DNA of 56,127 bases, counting the filler, from Platydemus manokwari (lineage: Eukaryota): assembly GCA_037951405.1 (NCBI GenBank). It is 5 parts of 5 records of this genome, joined end to end, with 100 filler letters (N's around TTAATTAATTAA, not from the genome) between each part and the next. Parts side by side here need not be neighbours in the genome. Positions count along the whole stretch, not along the records: positions 11,601 to 23,027 come from JBBMOY010683319.1; positions 23,128 to 32,195 come from JBBMOY011304539.1; 3 more parts are not named here. The stretch is one strand, 5' to 3'. Below the pieces are notes generated by a model, which saw nothing but the letters and a program-made list of their open reading frames with translations, searched no databases and was not told the DNA's origin. The translations under genes and the position numbers were made by a program. Below are positions 14,131-26,511 of the stretch, one piece after another (the first letter of the stretch is position 1; every line of letters starts with the position of its first letter).

Positions 14131-16240
14131 ACAGATAAAGGATTAAATCCTGACAAGTCACCACAGGATTGGTCCCAACCAATTAATGCAATTGACGAGG
14201 CATGTATGAGACATGATATTGCCCACGCATCCACAGATACTCGTGACAGAATAATTGCTGACTATGTGCTAACATCTGACCTTAAACAAATACCCAGTCA
14301 TTTGCTGAGTCAGAAAATGAAATTAATTAGAAAAATTATGATAGCTGTTTTCAAATTAAAAATTGAAACAGACATTATTCAAGAAATTTTAAAAAGATGA
14401 GAAAGTGGCACAGTAAAGGATCAGAATGGGTTAGTACTAGATTAGCATTTAAAATGATGATTAAAGATTCTAATTTAAATTTTAAAAATATTTTTAAAGA
14501 CTTCATTCCTAATCTTAATAACATTCAATCTAGACATCATGTAAATTTTTATTCTTCGATTCATAGTAGCAGAATGTCCTTAAATGAGATTAGACCTACG
14601 ATCTAAAATAGAATTTATCGATTAATTGTCAGAGGGATGAACAACATATTTCATAAAACAGGGCTTTCTAATTACCCTTGGCTTGTGAAAAATATTAAAA
14701 ACTATGCACAGCAAACAACGTTTTCACCCGGAAATATTGAAAGGCAGATATTACATGTAGCAAAAACATTTGCTAAAAGTGCTATGACTTCTGACGCAGG
14801 AGGTGCGGCTATTTTACTTTTTAGTACCATATTTAGAAATAATAAAAAGATGTGCGATTAATCAAACACATGATTTCCATAGCAGATTTTTATAATTATG
14901 AAAATAAAATCAAGGTAATTAAAGATTACTATGAAAACCTTATGTCTGACAAACCACTTTTACCTGCCACTGTTTCATGGTTAAAAATTTGAATTTCTTG
15001 GATACAAATGACATGTTAGCATACGAATTAAACCAGACCAGTCCAAATGCCCTGATGACAATAGAGGAAATGGTAAACAAAATATCACCAGGTCTTTATA
15101 ATTTTGAATACTACCTTAGCAGGATTAAATGGAATAACCATATTTACCAATCCTTACAAACATTGATAGGTGGAATGAGAGTAAAGAAAACACCTTACAA
15201 CCTACAGTTAGTACACGAAGAAGGATGGAAGATACCACGATATTGTACACCGGACATATAATATGTTCCTAAAGCTTTAAAGAAACCCGTAAAAATACCA
15301 GAGCCCCCAGCTCCAGTACTACAAAGACTACCACGCAATACAGGAGTCAAAATTCCAAAAACACCCGCACAAAGGCATCGGTTTCCCCACATGATCAAGT
15401 TAGGATTGAAAAGGCAATTACAAGATATCGTAAACAATGCCAAAAATTATTCGACTGAAGAAAAAAGGCTAATGTACCAAAATATTAGCACTATACCAAT
15501 CAAACCCAAATTGCAGGACAGCTTAGATTTTGCAAATGATGATTTTAAATATCGAGTGAAATATAATAATGCAATTATACCTGGTAAAATGATGATTGAT
15601 CTTAGAAGATTTGTTTGATAACGCCTACCGGGTTCTGAACAGAGCAGTTGATGAGCACCTGGTGCAAAATTTAAAAACTGTCAATGATTTGATTTCATTG
15701 GATAATGCGGGTATAAATACAATGCTAGAAATACAACCAAGCCATTCAAAAATGCAGGCCCTACTCCAGGCAATCAGATTAGAGAAGTAGGTCACATTCC
15801 GGATTCCGAACCCGGACACTCATTGACACTCTTTTACTGCTTGTGGATCTAATGCCATAAAGACAACTATGAATGATTATTGGTACAACTTCCCGTTAGA
15901 ATATCAATCTCCATTTACGATAGGTCGACATGAACATTATCAACAGATTAAGGGTTATCAGTGGTATAAACCAAAATCAATGAAGTTCAAAATTTTCGAT
16001 CTTCAAGCTATTGGGAAAACAGGCCCTGGCCAATTTAATGGTGTGCAGTCTCAAGCCGAGATTCTCGTTTACAGGCACAGTAATCATACGTTCAGCCCGT
16101 GTGCTGACTCTCCTCTTGGTGTGAAATCGTTTACGGATATATTATATAATGAAAGAAATCTTCACAGCGGGTATGACCGCGATGAAGTATTATCATTAAT
16201 AACTCCGATCAAATTGCTAAAAATTACTCAAGTAATATAA
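14131..16240 (+). pseudogene. Endogenous viral element: parvovirus-like VP1 capsid gene (N-terminal PLA2, long unique region, jelly-roll core), frameshifted and truncated
   Basis: From 14131: TDKGLNPDKSPQDWSQPINAIDEACMRHDIAHASTDTRDRIIADYVL, a viral PLA2 (HDxxY..AD motif with a Polinton/adintovirus-type NPDxxPxxWSxPIN insert). From ~15790: VTFRIPNPDTH*HSF..NDYWYNFPLEYQSPF..YQQIKGYQWYKPKSMKFKIFDLQ..AEILVYRHSNHTF, collinear with the parvovirus VP segment TWxLPxYNNHxY..TPWGYFDFNRF..WQRLINNxWGFRPKxxxFKIFNIQ..VQVFxDxxYxLP. The ORF-track pieces 14206-16240 join through stops and frameshifts. Confidence 0.75.
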
Positions 16241-19200
16241 AAAATGAAAAATAATAGATAAAGATGTTCTTTAGGACCAAGAGGAAAAAAGATAGACAGT
16301 AGGAAATGGTAAAATCCTATATCGATTCATTAGTTAATTACCATATTCACTATTTTATCTCCAGTCTGTATATCAAGTACATTAAAAATCAAATGTGGAA
16401 AAACAAGATGATTTATACATTTATAGTACTTTACAATAATGTCATAAATAAAATATAAAATATAATTATAGACAACTATAATATCAGTAATGTCGAAACA
16501 AGAGTGATGTAAAATACATCAGTTGAAATAATCACCATATGCAAATAAATTTCATTTAATGAAGCCATAATTTAGTAAGATAAAGAAAGAGGAAGAACAT
16601 CAAAGAAAACGTTGAAACTAGATAACAAACACGGAATATCAATAAAAGAATCAAGTAATAAATAAATCTTCCAACGATAAATAGAATGATAACTATTTTT
16701 GACAGATGAATAGTGACAACATAATATATGATAAACCAATTTCTAGCATTATCTTGAAATGTCATTAAATTTCTTTGACAAATAAACGTCATTGATTTGT
16801 TGGAATATAAAATATTTGAACAAAATATTTGGTACTGATTAGCCACATAACTTGGAATTAATAGTATCCCGATAGTTGAAAAGTAGTTTGGATAACAGAA
16901 ATTTTTTCGTATAGAGAAGTAGAAAATATTATTGGTTCGGATCTCATTTCAATGTATAAACTTAACAATTTAAATTATTGCGAAAATTGATACAGGTCTC
17001 TTGTCATCGACGAGTTATTTTAATATAGCATTTTAAAAAGAAATGTGAGTTTAAAGGATAAGTTCAATTTAACATTAAAAATTCCTTTAAAACTACTTGA
17101 ATTATCGAGAATAAATTTAATAGAAACACTTCTAATCTAAAGTAAATATAAAAACCAACTCTTGGGGAAAAAATCGATTAGGAAATTATTTTAAGTAAAC
17201 AATTTCCGATTCCAAAATTTAGTTAAGTAAATAATTCCCAAATGTAGCAATTTACGAATTAATTTGGTAGATTGTTGTTAAGAGCACCAATGAGTAGAGG
17301 AAATAGTATATAAACTGAGGGCAAAACGTTAATTTTAACTATCACAAGAAAAACCATAACAGATTATAATATTATATTTATTAATATTTGTTATAGATTC
17401 ACGAGTTCATAAGAGCAATAAAGATTCAAAATTGTCCACTTTAATACAGTAGATGTAGAGTAAAAGTATTTGTCGTTAATGTATCTGAGTGAAGTAGTAA
17501 TACGACCAGGAGATAATTCTGTGCCGGTATCGCAAATTTGTACCAAGAATTCATTCAATTATTGCATTATTTTTTATATAATAACTATAATTAAAATTTA
17601 TCTCAGATTTAATCAAAATAAGCACTTGACAATAGGTAAATCAATAGGAATTATATAAATATCGATGACTTTACTTGATTGTACTAATGGTGGAGTAGAG
17701 AAATAAACAAGTCTTAAAATAATTAATAATCGCATACTTTAAATGGTAGCTGAATAAATAATAGTAGATTCTTGTAAAATTATTAAATAAATATAGCAGC
17801 CAAATGAGAAAATATTTTAATGAACTTATTAAATAAACAATTTTAAAGGATAAAAAAATTGTTAGATAAAATTTCTATTTTTGACTTCCTACCTTTGAAA
17901 GTATAAGTAATCGTATTTTTCAGATTTAAACGGCCATTAATAGATGCCCTACAAGAAACATGTAAATAGTGACAGCTTAAATTGATGACTCTCCTGTAAG
18001 CATCAAACAAATGGAATGATAAAGCATAATAATTATTATAACTAAAAACTCTTCTAAACATCTTATACTTTGATTCTGATTGAGCACTTATATTACGAAA
18101 GCAGAAGTCAAGTGGTACAATGGTATTTTTTGGTATGTATGTGTTATGTTGTATTGTAAAGCTTTGATTTATTATTCATCCCTTTACTTTACATTAGAGG
18201 GCACATTGTGTATCACATGAAAACTTGTGATGAAGATAAGTGTTGAGAACCCGAACCGAAATCGAAACTATGAAACAAAAATAAAATAGAACCTCTAAAT
18301 AATCAACTGTCAATCAATAACTGAATTATAGTATTCTGATTCTCTATCAATCTAAATCCCCACTAGTCTAACAGATAATCCAATTCAATTCAAACAATTC
18401 CAATCAATGCTCCAATTCGATGCATTTCAATAAACAGACATATTAAATTACATTTTACTGAATTATTACAGTAATACTTGAATTAAACATTTAAATTATT
18501 ATATTCGTGCTTAAGTGGATATAAAAATTTTATGAATGTTAATTTGAATAACTATTTTCGTAACGTCAGCGGTTTAATTAATGTCACGTAAAGATTAACC
18601 AAGCTAATTGTACTAAATACTTTTACTATTTAGTTAAATTAGTGACTTCTGACTTTAAAAATATTTGAACATTTTTGCAACCCAATTTAGTGGCTCGTTT
18701 TTGTTCTTTTGATTGTTATTGTTTTCATACTTATTAAATAAACATTAATAAATTATAATCTGAGTTTCGGATCACTTTATAATACATCATATGATTATCG
18801 CATTTTGTATATTCAGAATTGACATTTCTGACAACAATTCATATACATATTTTTGCGACAACCAGTAATTTCCAATTTAATAATTTTAAAACCCTAACCA
18901 CTTGAATTTTACAACCGCCACAAGAGGTCCACGCTCTTCATAGTGTCTGTTTAAGCAATCCGTAGAACATATTTACAATACTTAAACAAATAAAGTTCAT
19001 TTGAAAACTGTTGACCAATCGGATTTTCAAGCAAAAAATTTAAAATAATTAAAGAAGCAAATTGTTAAATTTAAACCATATGAAACCATAATCTTTGGTA
19101 GACTTCAAATCCATGCCATTGTTAGAAGAAAAGAGCATAATAGTACGTTATTTACTCATTTTATTAATTCAAAGCTCTTATACTATCAAATAAACTTATT

Positions 19201-20819
19201 AAAGCCATAACAACAGTAATTAAACAATACTGAATTTAAATTTTCATAATTAATAAAGAAGAGAAGTAGAATAAGTAGAAGAAATTATTTTATTTAATTA
19301 CTGAGTATTTGAGAATATGGAAACTTATTTAAATCATGATTAAATTCCAATATTTTATACTTTAATTTATTTGCGTACATTTTTAGAATGGGTATTTGTG
19401 ATTCGTATTGTTTCTGATTGAGTGATGTCATGTGGGTCTTCACGTATTCTTGTTTTCAAATTTAAAAATGTTTTTCAAGGTTTCAATATAATTTTAAAGG
19501 TCAACTAGTTTCAAATTTCTAAATAACATCAATATAAATAACAGTCCTAATTAACATATACGTAATTATTTAATCCCCTATAGTATTTCCAATGATATCT
19601 GAATTAAATTTATGAAATTCAAAAAATTAAATTATCAGTCTTAAAAATAACAATAAAAATAATCATGAGTTATATTATAAGTTGTATTACAAATAATGTT
19701 TGCTTTTCAGTGGCTAAAACAGAATATCCACAAAAATAATTGTGATCTCATTAAATTTTAACTGATTTATTTTGTTAATTTGGTGTGTATTATATATTCT
19801 ACATAACCCCTATGTGTCCTTATAATACTATGCATTTAAATGAAAGTATAATATATACCGTTGCTAACCGTTTGAAAATCATTTCATTGCAAGAAAACTT
19901 TAGAAATATAATTTCAAAGTAGGTTTTATTTTTTTAATTTAATTTTTAGACTGATGAAACATGTTGTAGTGGCTTCTATATGTCACTATAGTCTTGGTTA
20001 GAATTGATACCAAGCCATAAAGTAAAATTTTAGCCATCCACCATAATTATTAAAAAAGAAAAATATATATATATATTCATTTCGTTGGAAATTTATGCAT
20101 AAATTTCTCAATGACTGTAGACATTGTTATGAATCAGGTAATGCTTCAGATTATCAGAAATCTTCTCTCGTAATACATATGCAAAATTTTCGAAATTAAG
20201 AATTTCTAATATTTTTTGCCAGATGATCAAAATTAATATTTAATATAAAACTCAGATGTAGAATCTCAATTTATCTTATAAAGTATTTTAGAAAATTCCT
20301 GTTTGCACCAACTTCTGGCCGAAATTTAAATTATTTATAGTTACATGATATACCACAGGTTCAAGGATCATTTGTCAATGAATATAAATAAGCTCTATCA
20401 GCTTTCAAATGCAAGTAATTTGTCATGATATTCTTATGCAAACACATTTGTTAAAACCAATGGAAAGGCTGTAAGAATCAATGTGCAGTCAATAAGAAGG
20501 CATTTTGATGTCTTTTGAAAGTAAGTATTTATATTTTTATTACTATGATTTATGAAGCTAGTTTTATTTTATTTATATTATTTACATAGAATATTTTACC
20601 TTATATTTATTTATTGATAATTCTGGAAGAACGAGCTGATAACATAATTTTTCTATTCATTCAAATTATGGTGATTCGTTATGCTTGTTTAACAAACCCA
20701 AACAAAAGCCTTAAACATCCATAACCAATATAAATGTTCATATTATTAAGTATACCTTTTTCTAACTAAATAAATACCAGATAAAAGCTTAACTATTTTT
20801 GTCACACAATTGTTCAAGC

Positions 20820-20990
20820 ATGAGGCCATTGCAAAAGTGAACAGTTATCAATCAAGAGTACATACTCTCATATTGTACAATAGAAGCATGTCATAAATTA
20901 GAATATATTAACATTGTCAATCGTATCCAGCTTTTCTGATCCTTTGGATGATTTCTTTGATGAAGTAGTAGTCTTTGGATATAGCTTTTA
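20820..20990 (-). mobile_element. Possible pogo/Tigger DDE_1 transposase remnant
   Basis: Minus-strand remnants KDQKSWI and VLLIDNCS resemble (Y)xxQKxAWM and LLLxDNxxxH. Very short and decayed. Confidence 0.3.
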
Positions 20991-21277
20991 GAACTAATAT
21001 TGCTTTAATTTTATACATACCAAATAATTTCTAATCAACAATGATAATATCTTTATTCAAAAATATTTTAAAATGTAAACATACTAAATCCTTAGTTATA
21101 TAGGTAATAATAATATTTAGAAAATATGTTTTGGGAAATTCAGAGAAAACACTAGATGTTAAAAATGAAAGAATTAATAAAATAATCTTAAACTATGAGC
21201 CCAAGCACGAAGAAAAAACAGAGATAAGACAGAAAAGAAAATAAGAATAGTTATAATTGAAGTAAAGGAAATAAACA

Positions 21278-21302
21278 TATATATATATATATATATATAT
21301 AT
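21278..21302. repeat. (TA)n microsatellite
   Basis: Read directly from the sequence. Confidence 0.9.
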
Positions 21303-23027
21303 TGTAAGTGTAAAAAATTATGGAATAAAAAGAAATTATATTTAAGGATAAAATAATAAAATAGCAATAAAATTTCTAAACTTGCTGCAAAATGAAGACT
21401 TACATTTTGAAGTTAAATGATATAATTAAAATAGACGATGTCATTTACAGCAATAAAATCAATTATTAAAATTCGGTGAGGATTTTTCATTGAAAATGGA
21501 TATAAATAGCGATGAGATTCTGATAGAAATCGGAAAATTTTACAAATCTAAATTTGAGAGTAATTGAAACTCGATTAATAAAAACAGTTGTAAAATAGTA
21601 ACTAGATCTATAATATTAATCAAAATTTTAAAACCTGTGAAAAAAACTGTTCGCAAACTTGCCTTAGAATATTGCTTTTAATTGTGTACTTAACTATGTT
21701 TGATTATGGATTATAAAATGTTGAAGAAGAAGGAAATATGTTGTACTTCCCTAAATAGTAAATCATGGAAGTTTAGATGATTAAGTTAATTATTATAGTA
21801 TGGTTTTAACGAGTGTGGGAAATAATAATGAACGCCAGTGTGAATGTCTTAATACCCTGTATAAATATGATTAAATAATAATTTTAATTCATTCGGTTAA
21901 TTAGAACAACTCAGAGACTTCTGATGTTCATATTTGACTGACAGGATAATCGAGTGTTAAACATTTAAAATTAATCAAACAAATCTTCCTTTCCATAGCA
22001 AATTAGCTCTTGTCATATAATACGGTGTTCACTAGAGCCGGCGATTTCAATAATATTTTTTTTTAATTTTTGGTAGATAAATGTATTAACCTTTATTTGT
22101 CTTTTAATTAATTCGAACTCTCAATAAATCAAAACCATCTATTGAAATGTGTTATAATTTTAAAATCACGAATTTAAATTCAAAAACATCATTTGATTAT
22201 TGATAATGAAACTACCGAACAAATAGCAAAAGAGCATAGAGATAGAATACATAAAGCAAATGTTATAACGTTAAGATTTAGAATAAGCGATAAGATAGTT
22301 CAATTAAAATAATTTATGTGATAGTTTACATTGTACCACACAAGCCAATTTAGAACAAAACAGAACCAGCAACCAATACAGTCTAAAAAATAATAGAAAT
22401 TTCAAATAACTATAAGCGAAAATTCCTATATAATATTCATATAAAGTATCAACTGTGATCAGAAAACCATCACAAACACCAAACAAGTTTTGTACTTATT
22501 TTTATTCGATACAATAAAAATCTTTCGATTTGTTATGCAACATTTGTAATGTCAATGACAAGGCTTAAAGAATAACCGTACATTCAATCATAATATATTT
22601 TGATGCATTTTGAAAATAAGCATATATATAGAATTATTTTATGCTTTAAACTCATTTTCTTATTTCATGGTAGATTTTTGCAATCTTATCTAAATTAATT
22701 TTGTTTTATTCTTTTGATTTAATTTTATAAAATTTTGCATGTTTGAGAATCTTTTATTTATCTTTGTGGTTTCGGAAAGAAATGTTGTGTTATAAAATAA
22801 ATTTTAGTTTTCAGCCAGAAATCTTTAAAAAATACTATAATAATACAATTATTTCTTTAGAATTGGATATATGAATTCCTTAATAAATTAAGACAATAAC
22901 CTGAATCAGATGACACTTCAGATTCCCAGAAATTTTTCTGGATCACGTAGAAAGAAATTGACTTACTTATTTTATAACTTGTCATAACTAAAGAAATTAA
23001 AATTATTGTGTCATAATATCTTGGTAT

Positions 23028-23127
23028 NNNNNNNNNNNNNNNNNNNNNNNNNNNNNNNNNNNNNNNNNNNNTTAATTAATTAANNNNNNNNNNNNNNNNN
23101 NNNNNNNNNNNNNNNNNNNNNNNNNNN
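23028..23127. other. Artificial contig-joining spacer
   Basis: N run with central TTAATTAATTAA. Confidence 0.95.
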
Positions 23128-23179
<52 letters not shown>

Positions 23180-23203
23180 GATAATAATAATAATAATAAT
23201 AAT
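23128..23203. repeat. (TAA)n microsatellite at contig start
   Basis: Read directly from the sequence. Confidence 0.95.
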
Positions 23204-26140
23204 ATATAACTATATTATAATTATAAATATATTCATGCGATTTATTTATTAATTATGAATTATTAAAACTTATTATAAAAAGTAATTTATTAATTACGTA
23301 ATTAATTTAATTTAATTACAAATCAATGATTTTTCTATTGGCACCATTCGAATTCCAAATCAATTAAATTTCCACATTGGCAATTTTATTTCTATAAAAA
23401 TGCAAAATACAACGCTAAAATTAAAATCAATAATTGAAGAACAATTACAAACTGCTAATTCAAAAGAAGTGCAATATCGTTCAACAGAAGGGAGAATGAG
23501 AAGTTAATTGAAAAAACAAAGTTTAGCCGACGTCAAAATTTTCAACAAAAAAACCTAACAGCTCAATATGGGACAACTTGTTCAGTATACATACATGAAT
23601 AATTGAAACCCTATTGATGATTCATTATCAAAACATGGGACATGTCAATGACTCTTTCTGACCTTCCAATGCAACAATATTATTCTCTCGTCATTATCAA
23701 AAACCATTGAACAACAAAAGAAATTTCAGGCTGATTTCTTTTGCTTTTTTTCTTTTGCTTTTTAAAGAAAAGGGAATTATTGATAAATTCGTTTGATGTT
23801 TCACAAAATTCCCATCGATAAGGCAATAAAAGAAAAACAAAGATCGATTACATACTTGAAAAGAAGAAATTCGATATTTTATCGATCATTGTCTTGGGGA
23901 ATTTTTTTTTTGAAAATACATTTACAACATCAAAGGCGACAGAGTAAAGAAAATGCAACCACAACAACAACGACGAGAACGACGACAATCAACAACAGCC
24001 ACAGAAAAGAGACGAGATAAAATTTGCTATTTTAATGAAGAAAACAAATATAAATATATATAAATATATATATAACCGTCTGGCATTATTCATTTATAAT
24101 CGGCAAAAATAAAACTCACTAATTAACCCGAACAAATCACACAGGTTGGTGATCGGTGAAATGATTGGAATTCCAATGGGTTCTCTTCATTCCACAATCA
24201 CTATTTACAACGAGAAAACAAAAACACTGGGGGAAAATTGTACGAAAGAGGCAACACCAAAAAAAAAACAATTCCTTTCAAGTTGAAACATGTGTCGTGT
24301 AACAGCGCATGAGACAATTGTTCGCTTTGAACGTGGCGTAGAAATGATAATTGATTGGCACATAAACTTGGAGACTCCGCCCATTTTCAATGTCATTTTC
24401 AAAACGAGCAAACAATTAACACCAGCGAATAATCCAATAATTTCAGGAAATCATTCCCACCGATACTCTTTGAATTCGTTGATTTTCCAATTGCTTTCAG
24501 AAGTCTTTCCGTTGAAAAACTGCTGCCTAAAATAACAAATGTGATTAATAAATCGCACCATATTTCCCCACTGTCCAAACGATTAGCTTTATTTCACGAG
24601 TTTTGTTGTTCAGGAATTATTCTGATCAGTTGACAAAATTGGAAAAATCGTTTTTTCTAAATATTAGCAAAATACGCGTTTAAATCATGATTTTGTGTTT
24701 GAAAACGTTTTTCTTGGGGATTTCGATTTTTTTTTCCTGAATTTAGAGTGTTTTCACTTGAAATAGAAGACATTTTTTGTTTAAATATCGTCTCAATGAT
24801 TTTGTTTATTCCATGGAATATGGAAATAAATCATGTGATTGAATATTGATTTATTCAATATTTTGTTATTCGATTGTTTTGTTTTAATTATAAGACCTAT
24901 TTATTTAAACAATTAAATAATTCGGAATTATTCACTTAAATAAAATTTCACTAAGGGAACTACCACCAGATAAAATAAATCGATTATTTTATTTATATTT
25001 TAAATATATTTTTAGTTTATTTTGATTGGATTAGCGGTCCGTAATTAGCATATCAATTCAAAAACTCTCTCATTGTCACGATTTTTCGTTTCTGTAACAC
25101 CGTATCTCTGCTTACTTCCCATTTTATTTTTCGAAGTTATTATTTTATATATAAATTATGACGACATTATGATTGAACCTTTGGCAATTTCAATAGGCAA
25201 TTCACCGTAACACCAATTTCTATTCATCGGTATATCGGAGAATAATATAAATAGCTCAACTTTGGATTGAAATAAATGGCCAGTTCATTTATCTTGATTA
25301 TCACTCATCACTTGATAGTGATGCGATTGAATTTGGGTTCAATTTTATCATAAGCCTTAAGAACTCCGTAGGTTTTATTAAATAGATTCTAAAATTTTAG
25401 TAAAGCCTTTATTGATTTGGATTAATAATATCTTAAGACTGTTCCAACCGAAACTTGGGACTCAAAAAGACCTAAGTTCAATTGGTGTTGCTTTTGTTAG
25501 GGATCACCACACAAGCTCTGATTAATTTACTAATTAATGTAAAAACAATAAAACGGATTCCATACCAAGTTAATTAAAATAAGTTGATTCAATAAAATCA
25601 ATTTCCGAAAATCAATTATAAAAATAAAATCATAACAGAAATTGCTAAATATAGCTGAATCAATAAATTAATCATTCAAATTACTAAAATGGAAATTGCA
25701 TTGTTTTACAAAAATTTGATCACTTTGTTTAGTAATTAAAAGGTACACGATTCGAATAATTAATCATCGGGACAAAGCAGTATATGTGCGCGACAATTCA
25801 GTAAATAAAAGTACATAAAACAATTGTGATAAGAAATCTTACATATTAATTTCCGCTACGAGAAGAACAATTTCACATTTAAAAGCTACATTTAATCACC
25901 AATATTATGATGACGGGTCAAAAGCAAGTTCCTATCGAAAGATCACTCATTTGAAATAGAAAATCGGTTTTTATTTCAGATTCCCCACAGTAAAGTTTTG
26001 TAAAAACCCTTTCGGAATTTTCTAATTTTTTTCAAAATCTTCGTTTTATTTCCATTTGTTTTGATAAGTGCTGTCATTTCGAACGACATTCCGTTGACAG
26101 TCTCATATCAGTTAGGTACTCAATTGTTACTAATCATTAC

Positions 26141-26511
26141 TGTGAGAATATCAAATTGAATGTCGAGTCTTCTACAGTTCGTTTTCGATGCGTTCTTTTA
26201 AATAGTAGCGGCTTACATGGCAACCACGCATCTGGATTCGATTCTGAGAAGATTGATGATTGTAAATTCAGGAAAAAAAGTAGAAAGATGTGATACTATA
26301 TAGAGAATATATAAAGAATATAAAAAGATGTATATTATATATAAAGAAGATATAGAGAAGATATAGAGAAGCCATAAAAGATAAAAGAATAAGAGAGCTT
26401 TACTTAGATGAATATTACGAATATTCGATACAATGTCAATCAAGAATACAATGAAAATCAAAGATTTTAAAAGAGGGGGATATGAGAATATCAAATTGAT
26501 ATCGGCTTACA
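26141..26511 (+). mobile_element. TRIM (miniature non-autonomous LTR retrotransposon), copy 1, 371 bp
   Basis: 5' LTR 26141-26217 (TGTGAG...CTTACA); PBS TGGCAACCACGC 26218-26229; purine-rich tandem interior; PPT AAAAGAGGGGGA 26469-26480; shortened 3' LTR 26481-26511; perfect 5-bp TSD ATTAC on both sides. Confidence 0.85.

Noticed and set aside
16260-16330. GPRGK / GNGK as a possible SF3 helicase Walker A after the capsid gene
   Set aside because: No GKS/T, no Walker B, and no sustained open frame.
18241-18470. TG..CA-bounded solo-LTR-like stretch
   Set aside because: No matching TSD and no second copy seen in the window.
26204-26212. T(G/A)GTAGCGGC as an initiator-Met PBS
   Set aside because: It occurs in the solo LTR and, decayed, in the 3' LTR of copy 2, so it lies inside the LTR. 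The true PBS follows the terminal CA.
26213-26494. 93-aa hydrophobic minus-strand ORF
   Set aside because: Antisense reading of the purine-rich TRIM interior.
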